A stretch of DNA of 64,000 nt from Klebsormidium nitens (Eukaryota; Plantae; Klebsormidiophyceae), in the NCBI GenBank assembly GCA_000708835.1, contig DF237045.1, positions 62,001 through 126,000 on the forward strand. Reading direction: 5' to 3'. Position 1 is the first letter of the stretch. The number at the start of each line of letters is the position of its first letter. A model generated the notes under the pieces. That model did no database searches. It had not been told where the DNA came from and was given only the letters and a program-made list of their open reading frames with translations. Position numbers and translations under genes: made by a program. This document shows positions 24,601-37,004 of the stretch, one piece after another.

Positions 24601-27600
24601 CCAGTCCGTGGACCCTCGCGGTATTAGAGTGATTAGATTTAGCAACATGAATCAACATTTACGGATCGAAGAATCAAGATGACAACGATTCGCATTAGAA
24701 CTTTCACAACCACCCACACGTAATTCATGTCGTTCTCCTCTGGCAGTGAACCCCCGACCACACTTCGTTAGAACAGTTACTATTCTTTTGCAATCCGTGA
24801 CTGTCCGCCACATCGCTTACCCAATGCAACAAGCAAAACAAGAAGAACGAACTGGAAGAGCATACAGGCGAACGCAGAGCGTTGTCCCGATGTTCAATGT
24901 CCTCCAAAAACTTCCGCTGCGCCTTGAGCTGGCGCGTCGCCAGTGGTCCAGAAATTTAACAACCTAAGCAGAACAGCGAGAGTCAAAAGAAACAAGGCAA
25001 CACTAATCAGGAACAAAGAAGCTTAACTCACCTCGTCCAGGTATTCGTTGTCATTTTCCTCCGGCAGCTTCCACTGCGCCTTGAGCCGTGGCGCGTCGCC
25101 GGTGGTGTGGGTGCATTTGGTCCACTCGGAGAGGAAGCCGCGGCAGCAGTAGTGGCCCTCCTTGTACTCCATGTGGCTGCCGCACAGCGGGCACTTGCCG
25201 AGCGGCCCAAACAGCATGCCGTCCGCACTGCAGAATAAGGTGATGACTGGATTGGACCTTAGGTACTCGCTTTTAGCGGATAATGGACTTGCAGATGTGC
25301 CCAGAAGAACTCGTGGGGGCCTTCGTTGTTCCCCATGTGGGTGCCGCGCAGCGGGCACTTGCCCAGCGGCCCAAACAGCATGCCGTCCGCACTGCACAGC
25401 ATATGCGTTATGAAAGTGTAGCGTTTGAAGGGTCAACCACGTGGCAGACGGGTCGGGGGCGTCTCCGTTGTTCTTCGTGTGACTGCCGAAAAGCGGGCAC
25501 TTGTGCACCGAGGCGGATGGCATGCCGTCCGGACTGCACAGCAAGGTGATGACTTCCACAATCTTTGTTGAAAGCGGACACGTGGGAAAAGCCGGACACA
25601 TGGCAAGAGGTTCAGCGGCGGCTTCTGTTATGTTCCATCTCGGCTGTGTCGACTGAAGCGGGCTCTTGCCGTGGCCCAATAAGCGTGCCGTCTGCCCTGC
25701 GGAGGAAGGTAACAGCTTGAAAGACGCTATAAGAACGAGCGAAACTTGAGAGCCGGACACGTGGCAGAAGCTTCAATGCCAACCTCCGCTGTTGTCCATT
25801 AGCTATCGAACAGCGGGCACTTCCCAAGCGGTCCGACCAGCATCCCGTCTGCACTGCAGAGTGATGTTATTGCGTACTGGTTTCTCAGAGATGAACAACG
25901 TTTAGGAATCCCCCAGAACCAACGCGTTAGAGCCGTTGATGTCTCGGAACGCGGCACCCCCGAAGCGAAGACCCTAAAGAACCAAGGATGCAACGTCTCA
26001 AAACGCAGAAACCATGGACATTCCCACCCAAAAATCCCGAAGGATGCTATGTCTCGAGATGCAGAAAAACTCGGAGCTCAGATCCTTAAACAGTCGAAAA
26101 ATGCTATGTCTCGAGATGCAGTAACCCTCGAAGCTAGACTCAAAAGAGGCTCAGTATCCTCACCAGCGGTCCCGTAACTCGTGCTCCGACCCCGACGCCG
26201 ACTGGTCGTTCACCTCGAGCATCTCCCGCAACTCCGACGTCGACACGTGTTTCCGCAGCGCGTCCTTGATTTCCCACAGCGCGCGACTCTGCTTCTCGAG
26301 CGCCTTCTCTAGTTGCGGGTCCGCCTTAACCTTCGCGGCCGCCTTACTGGGCTTGGTCTCTTCCTCCGACTCTTTAGCCTTCCCTTTGCCCTTGTTTGCG
26401 GCGTCTTCTTCCGCCTTGCCCTTCCCCTTCTTCGTCTCCGTGACGTCATCCTCTTTCTTGCCCTTGCGCCCGCGCTTCTTGGTTTCTTTCGGTTCTTCTG
26501 CTTCGTCTTCGTCGTCCTCGCCCTTCTTCTTTCGCTTCCGGCTCTTCTTCTTGGGCTCCTCTTCCGCTTCAACTTCGTCCTCTCCGCCCTTTGATTTGCG
26601 CTTCTTGCCCTTTCCTTTCTTCTCCTTCTCTGCAGGATGGGGAGGACTGGCTCTCGTCAGGATTTTCCGAAGGCTGCCTCAATTTTAAGCCGAAAATCTG
26701 TAGGAAGTACAAGCACCTTGCGACCAGGTTCTGACCTTGTATCAAAATATACGGGAGCGCTTGAAATCCCCCCCTTTTTTGGAAACTTTTACCATTCTGC
26801 GATTGTCAAAGTCCACAGAAACATTTGCAGAACCTCTGACCTCAGCTTGACTTCGGCCACCGCTGTGAGCTTATCATGCTCTTAGCCATCCTGAATCGTA
26901 AGGAGGCAGAGAGTGGCACAAGGAACGACAATATCCCCTACAACCACGCAACAAGGACTCGTCCGTTTGCAGGCTTGCAGATGCCTTTCAGATCTGCCAC
27001 CTGAGAAACCTTTTTCTGACCATAACGTGGCCACGTGCCCCTCACCTTCGTCCTTGGGCGGCATCTCGTCGATCTCTCCCTTCGCAAGCTTCTCCACTGA
27101 CTCTCGGTCCGCCTTGCTCAAGCTGCGGAATCCGGGAATCTTCTTCACGTCCTTGCTCCACATGCCCGACTCCAGGAGACACTGGTAAACACAAACGAAG
27201 GACGACTTTGCTTTATATCATTTTCTCAATAGTCAAAGGCTGCAAACGGAGTGAGCTTTTCCCTTTACCCAGGCGCCCGACAGGTACCTGCTCCACTTGC
27301 CCTCCCCACCAAGTATTTCACAGCGCCAGCCAGACAGGGGCACTTTAAGCAGCCTTCCTTGACATTTGCGCGGAGAGATTAGAACGAAGGGGCATCACGC
27401 GGAGAAACTCTAAGCCTTCAGGGAAGAATATCACACTAGAGCCACTATTGCACCGCAATTCAATGTGACAGCTGCTCAAGTGTTCGATTGTCTCGGAAGG
27501 GCCTCAATAAGCCCCAAAACTTCATTCCTCTGAAAGGCCACGGAGCATATCTATGCCAACGAGCAGCTAACGTTCATCGTTCCTCCCAGCAAAGGCGTCG

Positions 27601-29598
27601 ACGGCCCTTGTATTGATTGCCTCAGAATCACAAGGAAAGGGTATCTCACTGGCTTCACACTCAAGCAGGGGAAAACAAGGAAAAACGACTGCAACCCAAA
27701 ATCTGAAAGCTGTTGACGACTCTCAGAACCGGCGGAAATCTTACCTTGATGTGGCGCCATGCAGGGACCATGCCTGGGTAAGCGGGATTGTCTGATTCCA
27801 CGAGCTTGGATACACGGACCTGCAATCCAGAAACATGCATGTCAAGCCCAACGGTTTGAAAACTATCTGCTCGAAGATAACTGTAATCAACAGTCTTCCG
27901 AAGATTGTTATTTTGAGTGAGCTGCCTTCCAAGCATTCCTTTTGCGCACAAAATGCTTCTCAGTGGATCTGGCGAGGCTCCCTCTTAAGCCAACTTTGAG
28001 TAAGTACAATATCATTAATAGCAGGTTCTCAACTTCTCCGACCTACTGCTTCAAGGCCAGGCCCAAAAAGGCAACAAACAGGTTTGCTTCGTACAGGTCA
28101 GCACACAGTCGCCGGAAGCCCAAAACCCCCACCTCCTGGAACTTAACGATCTACACTCCCATCCTAAGCTAGGACAAACTGTCGAACCTTCTCAGTCTGA
28201 GACTTCGTAACTTTCAAAAATTCTTTCATTCTGAGCCCCCAACACAAAGCAAGTGTCCCCTCAATTTCAAGCCCCCAAGACTCCAGGTTCACTAGCCAGC
28301 CCCTACAATGAGCTGCTTGTAACCAGACCAACGCAACATTGCAAAGAAAAGCGAGGAAAATAGGGCGAAAACCAACATAATTGACCAATTGACCCCCACC
28401 TCGTCCTTTTGAATCTTCTCCTCACACTCCTTGCACGTCGACCGGCTGCTCTTGGCATACTCCATAGAGAAGTCCTTGTCCTCCTCATCTATCTCTTCCT
28501 CCTCCTCTTCTTCCTCTTCCTCCAGAGAACCGCCAGAGTCGGTGACGTACTTCTCTAATTTCTTCTGGTCCTCCCAACGCAAGTTGTCAAAGCCCTCCAC
28601 GTCGTGCAGTCTGATCATAGGATAGAGAACGCAGTTTCAGTTCAAGGAAGAGGGAGCATTGATGAAGTTTGACTTGGACCTAATGAGTGAAGCCTGTTTA
28701 GTCAGCAGACCTCTGACAGCATTGATGACATTAAGCTGGATAGCAAAAGTATGTGTAATTGTCAGAGTAACTTGCAATGAAGAAGGCACCAAGAGGCCAA
28801 CGCAGAGTCAGCCACTAGACCTGAATGTTGAATGCTGTGAGAACATGAGCTCCTCTGATAAAAACTGCTCACAGCTCTGGAAAAGGCCCGCTTTTTCCGA
28901 GAGCCACATTGTTTGTTGGCCCACAGACACGAAGTTTCACTGGAAAACTGAAGGGCAAAAATGTTATCCTGAGTAGAGGCCAATGCTACCACCACATGCA
29001 CACTGCCCAATCCGTGAGCATCTTCCGAAATTGGGCCTGCATGCATTCAAAGCATCTTGCTGGGAGCTGGGGCCCACGTCGGTGAATGATGCGACTTTAC
29101 TCAGAAGAGGCACTACATTCTGTTGGCTGTGTGGATTCCCACGCGTCTCTACCTGAAGTTTCCTCTAGCACAGAGCGACCACAGGCTGTCAAACGTTGTA
29201 TTCTAGTTGGACACATGCAGCAGTTCTGCGACAAAGTCAGGGCCAAGGAAGCGTGTTGATATAATGCTGTGAATCCTGCGACCATGAAGGCAGCTTGCGC
29301 AAAGTGACTGATGCCATTGCACCACCACTAACAACCCCACACTTCTGCATGAAGCAGAAGCGCATAACTTAATAAGGAAAACTAATCTTTAAAAGTCGAA
29401 TGCTCACGTTTTAAACACCCCCTGCTTCTTCAGCAAGCAACCGTAGTGGTGCCAATTGGTCATGTAGCCATCGAACTGGCGAGACTGCACCACCTTCGCA
29501 ATGCGCAGTGCGTCCTTGGCGATCGGATCCTTGCATATTTTGCATGCCGCACGCCCGCTCTTCGCATACTCCACCAGAAACGGCTTCGGAGGCGCCAT
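6681..29598 (-). CDS. PARP1: Poly(ADP-ribose) polymerase 1 (Zn1-Zn2-PADR1-BRCT-WGR-HD-ART), about 1068 aa, 18 exons
   Basis: Exons (minus strand): 29408-29598, 28400-28610, 27745-27819, 27046-27181, 26164-26629, 25032-25227, 17935-18135, 17476-17536, 17073-17145, 16118-16357, 15424-15661, 14407-14605, 10054-10214, 9348-9548, 8329-8520, 7717-7854, 7256-7438, 6681-6725. All introns are GT-AG and the phases join into a 3207-nt ORF. Motifs: [13 protein letters not shown]...[19 protein letters not shown]...[53 protein letters not shown] (H-Y-E triad intact). Confidence 0.95.
8560..8830 (-). repeat. Three degenerate copies of PARP1 exon-15 acceptor + exon start
   Basis: AG|GAGTGGGACCTG-like starts at about 8638, 8738 and 8822; the real exon starts at 8520. 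Confidence 0.85.
14721..14835 (-). repeat. Intronic duplicate of PARP1 exon-12 5' part (candidate alternative exon)
   Basis: TCAG|GATTACGGTGTGGACGAGGGTCAAGG... matches exon 12 (start 14605). It ends at a possible G|GTGTAA donor in the same phase as exon 12. Confidence 0.9.
15283..15342 (-). repeat. Intronic duplicate of PARP1 exon-11 3' end with its donor site (candidate 60-nt cassette)
   Basis: TAG|GTTGCGGAGGCGAAGCAGGAGCTGCACAAGGCGCCC...GACATC|GTGAGT versus the real exon end ...GAGGCGAAGCAGGAGCTGCACAAGGCACCC...GACATC|GTGAGT. Confidence 0.85.
16361..16380. other. Assembly gap (20 N)
   Basis: A run of N directly abuts the CAG acceptor of PARP1 exon 10. Confidence 1.
16585..16805 (-). repeat. 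Two degenerate copies of PARP1 exon-10 start
   Basis: AGCTGCGCATCCC...TTCCTCACGGACAGTGTTGAGAAG at ~16590-16670 and GGAGCTGCGCATCCCAACGTC at ~16780-16800. Confidence 0.8.
18136..24150. repeat. Old ~2.5-3.1 kb tandem duplication filling PARP1 intron 6
   Basis: Collinear matching blocks at 18160/20890, 18545/21205, 18720/21405, 19495/21910, 20115/22795, 20550/23675 and 20643/23772. Confidence 0.7.
25300..25870 (-). repeat. Four degenerate copies of PARP1 exon-6 acceptor + exon start
   Basis: GCAG|TGCGGACGGCATG...AAGTGCCCGCT-like units start at 25391, 25533, 25696 and 25853; the real exon starts at 25227. Confidence 0.9.
25930..26135. repeat. Short ~55-nt degenerate tandem repeat near the PARP1 intron-5 donor
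   Basis: ATGCTATGTCTCGAGATGCAG occurs at 26044 and 26101, with weaker copies near 25985 and 25935. Confidence 0.7.
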
Positions 29599-30104
29599 TA
29601 CTGCCGGGTGAATGCGAGGGACTTTCAAGCTAGATTGTGGTCAGCACAAGCCTAGAAAGTGGGCCACGTTCACTTAAACCTCCTTCACAAACGAAGCTCT
29701 CGTGACACAAGAAAGCTCCTTTTTGGCGCCACAACTTCAAGAGGAGCGATTGGGTGACGTTTCTGCAGCCTGCAAAGCAGGTGGTGCTGAATGGTGCTGA
29801 AGGCAAAATTCAGGTGACGATGGTTTGCCCGAGCAGTAAACAAGGCCTCTCACCCCTCCGCGGCCATCAATACACTATGGAAAGCCTCCCAGTGTGTCCT
29901 AGAATACACTGAATCCATAAGTGGTATATTTGTGTCAATCAACTCGAGGCCTTGCTGCATGAGGTATAAGAAACGAAAGCGACATTTTTGGTACATATGC
30001 AGCATGCACTGCTGAATTCCTTGGAGAGGGGACACTTCAAGTTGTGACTTGGCCAAGCTGAAGCCAGGGAATCCAGAGGGGAGGGCGCCAAGTTGAAGAG
30101 CTCA
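29599..30104. promoter_or_regulatory. Probable bidirectional promoter region, PARP1/HISN6
   Basis: Divergent start codons are only 506 nt apart. Confidence 0.55.
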
Positions 30105-33100
30105 ATGGCGGCCACTGCAGCTGTTCTGAGGGTACCCACCTCCGCTGTTGCCACATCTCTGCAGAACACTGTGCGATCCTCCGACGTTCTGCAGCAGACC
30201 ATCACACCACCCTTTGGCAGCATTGTGCTTTCTTCCAGGATCCAGCAACTGAACACCTTAACACAAAGCAGTTCCTTTGTGGGTGATAAACCTTCTGAAA
30301 ATCGCATGGCGGGTTGTGCTAGAGCGGTTGCCACCACGGAGGGGCTTTCTGCAGCGGCAGAAGGGAGGGGCGATGAGACGGACAGCAATGGGGCGTTGGA
30401 TGGGACGCAGTTCTTGCGGCCGCACTTGCTGAGCCTGGCGCCATACACTCCGATAGAGCCGTTTGAGGTAAGAAGAAGGAAGAGTTGGTTGGCCGCAAGG
30501 AATGTGTTCCATGATGTCGGAGCTTGGAAAGCTGAAGGCGCTCTGGGATCAGCATTCAGATATGTAAAGGCTCCTAAATAAAGGCATATCAGGGGCATAG
30601 AATGTCGAAACACTGAGCACAGGCGGTTGGGAAGGCGGACCCGAAAGAGAAAAATTGGGACTACTTTGAGGCGTCGAAGTATCACTCAGCGGCAATTTGT
30701 TGAGCATTCGAGCTGGACTGCAGTGACTTTGCGCTGATTAGAGTTGGAATCGACTATCAAAGCCATCTTGTACATCAAATTCTGGTAGATTTCACCTTTG
30801 GAGAAGGTCAATGTGGTGCTCGGATCACCACTCAACTGTGCTACTGCCCCAAGCCACTTGGCGCTCATGCTTGAGAGATCATCAAATGGTTGTTCTTTGA
30901 GAGTTTGTGGTGCTCAACAAGTTGAAGGCCTGGACTCTTGGTTATCCTCTGGATCCGCTTTGCCCGTGCTTCTTACCCCCTTACATCAGAGGGCTCAAGA
31001 TGGTGTTTTGATTGTCAAGCTGACGTGTCAGGCAGCTAGACCTGTTTGCTGAACATCCTGTCCATTTTCTTTCGCCAAGTGTCCGAAGACATCGAAACCC
31101 ACTACAGGTTTCATGGTGTCAAGCAGCTGTCTCGAGGGGACAAGTAGTCATGCTTGACACCAATTGGTTCCTTTCCACTTAACCAATCAGTGTCTCCGCC
31201 GATGTTGACAGTTCAAAGCTGTGACGTCAAGCATCCAATCTGCAATGCATGTCACACTGTACCTTCCTTGCAGATCCTGTCTGCTCGCCTCGGTCGGCGG
31301 CCGGAAGACATTGTAAAGCTAGACGCAAACGAGAACCCATATGGTCCCCCCCCGGAAGTGTTGGAAGCTTTGGGAAGCATGCAGTTCCCCAACATCTACC
31401 CCGATCCCGAGAGTCGGCGGTTGCGGGAAGCCCTGGCGAAAGATACGGGAGTGGGGGCAGAGCACTTGTTGGTTGGGTGTGGAGCTGACGAGCTGATCGA
31501 TCTCATCATGCGGTGAGTGGCATGGGAAAACAATCCTTTCACCCAGGGTGTCCTCTTGTCGGAACGTGTTTACTCGAGCTCCTCAAGTGGAAGGGAAATG
31601 TTTTCAGGTCATTAATCGAGCTGTGAGTACCCGCAATCAATTCATCTAGTTCCGCTTTGGTTTGGGAGGGCGACTCTCAAGGGCGCAACTTAGGTCACGC
31701 CGGCTCTTGTGGAGCACTGTGTTGATCTGTTGTTGGGCTATTTCCTGGTTCCCTGTCAACCAGGCATCAGCAGTTCTTTATGTGGAAATCATCATAAATG
31801 CAGATCGAGCAGGGCAAGACTTCTCTGACTGACCGTCGACTTGTCTGACAGGTGTACGCTGGATCCAGGGGACAAAATCGTTGATTGTCCCCCCACCTTC
31901 ACCATGTATGCATTCGACGCTGACGTCAACAATGCTGAGGTGGTCACAGGTGCGCGTTACTTTCCAAGAATGCTCAGAGGCCACTCTATTCCGCATGTAT
32001 TCGGGAGTTTGACCAAAAAATGGCTTCTCTCGCATTTCACAGGTTCCTGTATAAAGACCAGAGTACCTGTGAGGTTGACGCTGTTTGCTTCTTGTTTTGT
32101 CGCTATGGCAGTTTGTCCCTTGGTGTAGTATCTGCTGGCAGTAAACCAACCACCCAAACCAGTACTTTGTATTTTGAAGTTCGCCGGTTTTAACACCTAC
32201 AGTGAGATTGAAAGAGAGTCAGACGCTTTGTCCCTGCAAAGCCGTTCATTAGCTTGAGCGACTGAAGGAGACGAAAGTCTTGTTCTGCCTTTTGGCATCC
32301 GTGCGCTCACTCAATGTTTTCCTTGCAGTCTCAAGAAAGCCAGACTTCAGTCTGGACGTACCAGGAATCGTAGATGCAGTGGAGAAGCACAACCCGAAGA
32401 TTGTATTTCTCACGTCTCCAAACAACCCGGACGGAAGGTGAGCCTCACCCTGAGTTCTGCATACTTCGGTTCGCTTGCTGAAGGCTCCTTGTGTGACGGC
32501 TCCAATCGGCCACAGCTTTACACTGCCCAACAGGATTCGATTTCCGTGCCACACGTACAATGTCCCGAAGGAGGGCACGCGTGTGCCATCAGGCGCAATT
32601 CATTCTGGCTGTTGGCAACTTGATCGCGGATTATGCTGCTCTTTCATCTCACAGAACTGGAACGACCATTGACGGACCACCTTCAGGTGAAGTTGTAGCT
32701 CGGTGTTCGTGCATGCGCTGCCTGTAGAATCATCGTCTCTACGGACAAACCCCAGCTTGATGATAACAACTTCCAGGCCTGTTGAACTGCGCCAACCTCA
32801 AATATGTAAAGTTCAATTCCTGATCACTCTTCTACGCTACTTCAGACCTTCATCCCCTGTACAACCTAACCCGACAAGCAGACGCAAAAAGCGGCTTGAC
32901 GATATTCTAACTATCTGGAGATGTTCGTTTCCTTGGCAGCGTGATCCGAGAAGAGGACCTCGTGACGATCCTCAAGCTCCCGGTGTTGGTCGTTCTCGAC
33001 GAGGCGTACATCGAGTTTTCGGACGAGCCGTCGCGCGCGGGCTGGGTTCGGACGCACAGCAACCTCATCGTCTTGCGGACTTTCAGCAAGAGGGCCGGTG

Positions 33101-35212
33101 AGCGGGGAAAAGTTTCAACTGATGCAGTGCGCAATAAGGACACAGTATAACGACGCTGGACTTTAGGTTGAAATAGAGTGCGTGCGGATGCGACCTGCGT
33201 CAACCTTTGATTTAGGTACTTGTCAAACCTCATGTTCATTCCCTTCCTTTGGGAGTGAACCAAAGGAAGGGAATGAACGGATTTAAGATTGGGATTTGGC
33301 ATAGTAAGCGGACTCACTGCTGCTACGCAAGTGCGTAACCGTCAGGGACTCTTGACGTGTCTGGCTTGACCGCTTGTGCTTTCGGGGCTCCAAGACGGCT
33401 GCTTTTGCCGGTAGTGACAGCTCGAGGTACGGGTTTCAAAGGTTGAGTCCAGCATGGAGAAAGCCAAAGACCATTCTCTCAAAGGCGGTTAATCAGGTTT
33501 CACAAAACGGGCACTGAGCTCTTTCCTTGATCCTGCTCTGCCTGAGAGCCTCTCACCCGTGCTATGATACACACTGTATGCCGTTCGATCGTCGCGATCT
33601 GTCAACCGGGCGGTCCAAGGTCGTCTCCGCGGGGTCATGATTTGTCCAAAGACCGATACATGTTCCTGAGAAGCCGTTTCGGAAGAAGGTTTCTTTACTA
33701 GTAATTTCACCTCCATCTACCGCAATCTCCTTTTTCAAACCGGTTCTCTGACCCTGAGTCGTGGCTTGGGGATTCCAAAGGCTGCTCAGATGTTCCTGAG
33801 CAGCCGTTTCGAAGAATATTTCTCCACTCAAAAGTTTACCGCTCTGAATTACGTCGGTGCCTGCGTCACGTGCTACAGGACTTGCTGGGCTGCGCGTCGG
33901 CTTCGGCGCTTTCCCCCTGAGTCTGGTCAAGTACCTGTGGCGGGCCAAGCAGCCGTACAACGTGTCGGTAGCAGCGGAAGTCGCCGCATGCGCTGCGCTC
34001 TCAAACAGTGCCTATCTAGAGGTGCGTTATGTTTTCGAAAAGTCGCTTCATATCCCCAAGACCAAGCGGCAGGGGCAAGATGATCTTCATTCAAAGACTG
34101 AGGCCGGTTGACGGCTCAAGACGCTGCAGGTTAACGATAACACGAAGGCAGGGTTGCCAAGCTGACTTCCAACCAGAACGTTTTCTTGGTCCTCGTTACT
34201 GATCTGAGGAACAGAACAGGTTCTTGATGGTCCAGACCATGCTGATGGTTGAGGAGTCTGAAAGATGTCTTGAAAAGAGTCCGACGACCCGCTTTTCTGG
34301 CCACCTACTTGGATTGTAGCTGGTTTCAAGCCCTTTCCGTTGGAAAATGCTGGTCGAGGTTGAAGCTTGTAGTCAGACTTATGGTGGTGACGTCAGAGAA
34401 TCTTCAGACCTCTCGCAAATTGGTTTGGTCTGGTTCTCAGTTAAAGAGAGGTTGCTTAGATTCTGACCAATGCAGCTTGACCAATGCGGCTGACGGACCA
34501 AGGTTACCGTTACAGGATGTTAAGAACGCCCTCGTCAAGGAGCGGGAACGGCTCTTCGGCCTCCTCCAAGACGTGCCCTTCCTGAAGCCGTACCCCAGTG
34601 CGGCAAACTTCATTCTGTGTGACGTCAAGGAGACGCACAGCGCAAAGGAGATCAAGGTAAGCGTCGTCCAGAACGTTTCAAAGCAGTCCGCATCCAACCT
34701 CGCCGCCGAGCATCTAGTATTTCGGACCGGAGCCGTTTCAATGAGCAATATGACGATTGGATTCTAGAGCGCCCCAGAACGAGCATGGGTCCACCAGCCA
34801 GATTTGATAGGACTGCGGTCGTTAAGCCTTAGTCAAAGAGATAGAGACGCGTAGTCTACACGCCTTTCAACCTAAGCGATGGTGCCTGCTCGATTACTGT
34901 GTTTGATTCACGATTTCAGTCTTCGAAGCTAGATTTTGCATTTAACATTGACCAAATCGATCTCGTCTTCCGACGGCTTCCTGACGGGCTTCTCGTTTGA
35001 TGCACCTTGGGGCTGAAAGAATTTTAGGCACTTTGGCGCAAGGCAGGGGTAACTGATCGTGCTCGGTTTCCATTCTGCAGGATGCCCTTGCGAAGCAAGG
35101 GGTGATGGTCCGTCACTATCAGAAGCCGCAGCTGAAGAATTTTGTCCGCATCTCGGTCGGAAAACCTGAGCAAACGGACCTCTTGATGAAAGCTCTCCAA
35201 AGCATCCCTTAG
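30105..35212 (+). CDS. HISN6: Histidinol-phosphate aminotransferase, plastid-targeted, about 460 aa, 8 exons
   Basis: Exons 30105-30467, 31274-31512, 31852-31949, 32329-32437, 32940-33097, 33879-34021, 34516-34656, 35081-35212 join in frame (1383 nt). Motifs [43 protein letters not shown] (PLP lysine), PSAANFILC. Ser/Thr/Ala-rich N-terminal transit-peptide-like region. Confidence 0.95.
33620..33845. repeat. Two-copy ~135-nt tandem duplication in HISN6 intron 5
   Basis: ATGTTCCTGAG.AGCCGTTTCG.AAGAA..TTTCT at ~33660 and ~33790. Confidence 0.75.
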
Positions 35213-37004
35213 ATTTCAGAAACAGGAAGTGCTGCTCACGAAGATATATATTCCCGTGTTACTTCGATGCTGCAGTGGTACTGATTCTTTACTTTTGAAC
35301 TAAACCATGTGGGATGGTGACGTCAAAAAGTTTAAGCTCGAAGTCTCAAAAGGGTTCATCTCTAGACCACCTCCTGGATCGAAGCAGACCATATAGCAGT
35401 TGGTGAGCTTCAAGCAGCCTCAGAATGTGAAATCACGAAGAAAGCAAGTGGTATTAGCACCTCCGACTTATTAAAAGCCGCGCATCTCAGTTCGTCGGAA
35501 GATGTCAGATCATCATGGATTGCCAACGGGACTCTGTAACATTGCGTATCAGTACGCCGTGTTTTCTCATGGGTCGCCCAGGTGGCCGGGGCGGCCATGG
35601 GCCACATGCAGTCCTGCACGTTGACGGTGCACTGGAGCCGCGCATGGCCTCCTACAGGCTTGTTGTATGCCAGAACATGCCAGCACTCTGACGTCAACTC
35701 GTATATGACTCACGTCTACTAAGTTCAATGGCGCTCAGTGCCGCCGAGAATTACCATATATGTGATCTGACCGGCCACTGATGCCGCGGCGCTCAATAAA
35801 CATTAAGATCATGCAGAATGATACTAAGAGTTTGTATGCGCATGCCAGCGAAGTGCACATGAACTATTGCAAATGCACACCGTACGATATTATATTCGGA
35901 CTCTCGAAGCTATATAGCGGAATCTAGCTGATCATGTACTGGTACTCCGCAATCGCTTCTGTACCCAACCGCGGTCTACACCCCTACCGAGATCACCGGC
36001 GCCCGCTAATATTTAATAGTGCCAATCCTAGTTTCAACGAACCACCAGTCAGGCTTCGCCAAGTAGCATTGCAGTATAGCCTCCACAGTGTACATGGATA
36101 AGTTTTTGACAGGCTAGGTTGGACTAAATTAGCTAGGCTTAGCACGCTAGCTCAGATTCGGTAAGGTAGCTAGGCGCTCGGAACTTAAACATTGATTCCC
36201 ATGTATGCCATGGAAGCCTATGGCCCGTGTGGCTGCGGCATTTGAAAAGAGAACGTATATCAATTAAGACAGCTAGTAGGCCCGGGCTATAGCAGCATGG
36301 ACCATGGGCGCTAGCTGTATAAAACGGGCAGGCGCACCGTACTCAAAAGTTCTGCGCATGCATGCTTCAAAGCTAGAGATTCACGCGTGCATATTCAATC
36401 TAGCTAGCTTGTATCTCTTTAACATTCAGAACTTACATGGATCAAACACGCATATGTGATTTATGCTGGCCGTGACTGGTAGCTAGGCACCGGCCATACA
36501 AGTAGTATAATTTTAGAGCACATGTGATCGCAAACTGCCTGCCATGCTTTTGTATTGTTGGACGCACCCTGGCAGTCGCGCTCAGCCCATGATGCCCGCG
36601 CTGAATTTTTATGAGAAAATCTATTTAGATTTGCATGTGGTAACATTATGATGTGCTTTACGGACATCGATGCAGCCGTGACAGTTGACATCGGCATTGT
36701 ACAGGGCCATGCCTACTGAGTCTTGCATATGAGAAGTCATCTCTTATATGCATATATATCTTAGGACAGGAATAGCCCTAGAGAATGTCCTCAGGGACAA
36801 GTACGAAGGCAGTTTATGATGCTGGAGGAGCTTGCGAAATATGCAGGGGATCCCAGGCTTCCAATCCACTCCACCTTAATAAACATCGTACCACAATGTG
36901 ACACTGACAGCAAGCACAATCAGGGCCAAGCAACAAGCTGCCTTCAGAAACCTGGAGCCCCAGTTGTGACTGCTCTTCAAATTGTACCTTCTTTACTTCG
37001 TTTA

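Noticed and set aside
25023-25760. 245-aa ORF
   Set aside because: It is PARP1 exon 6 plus upstream intronic echoes read through, not a separate gene.
29939-30685. 248-aa minus-strand ORF
   Set aside because: Antisense shadow of HISN6 exon 1.
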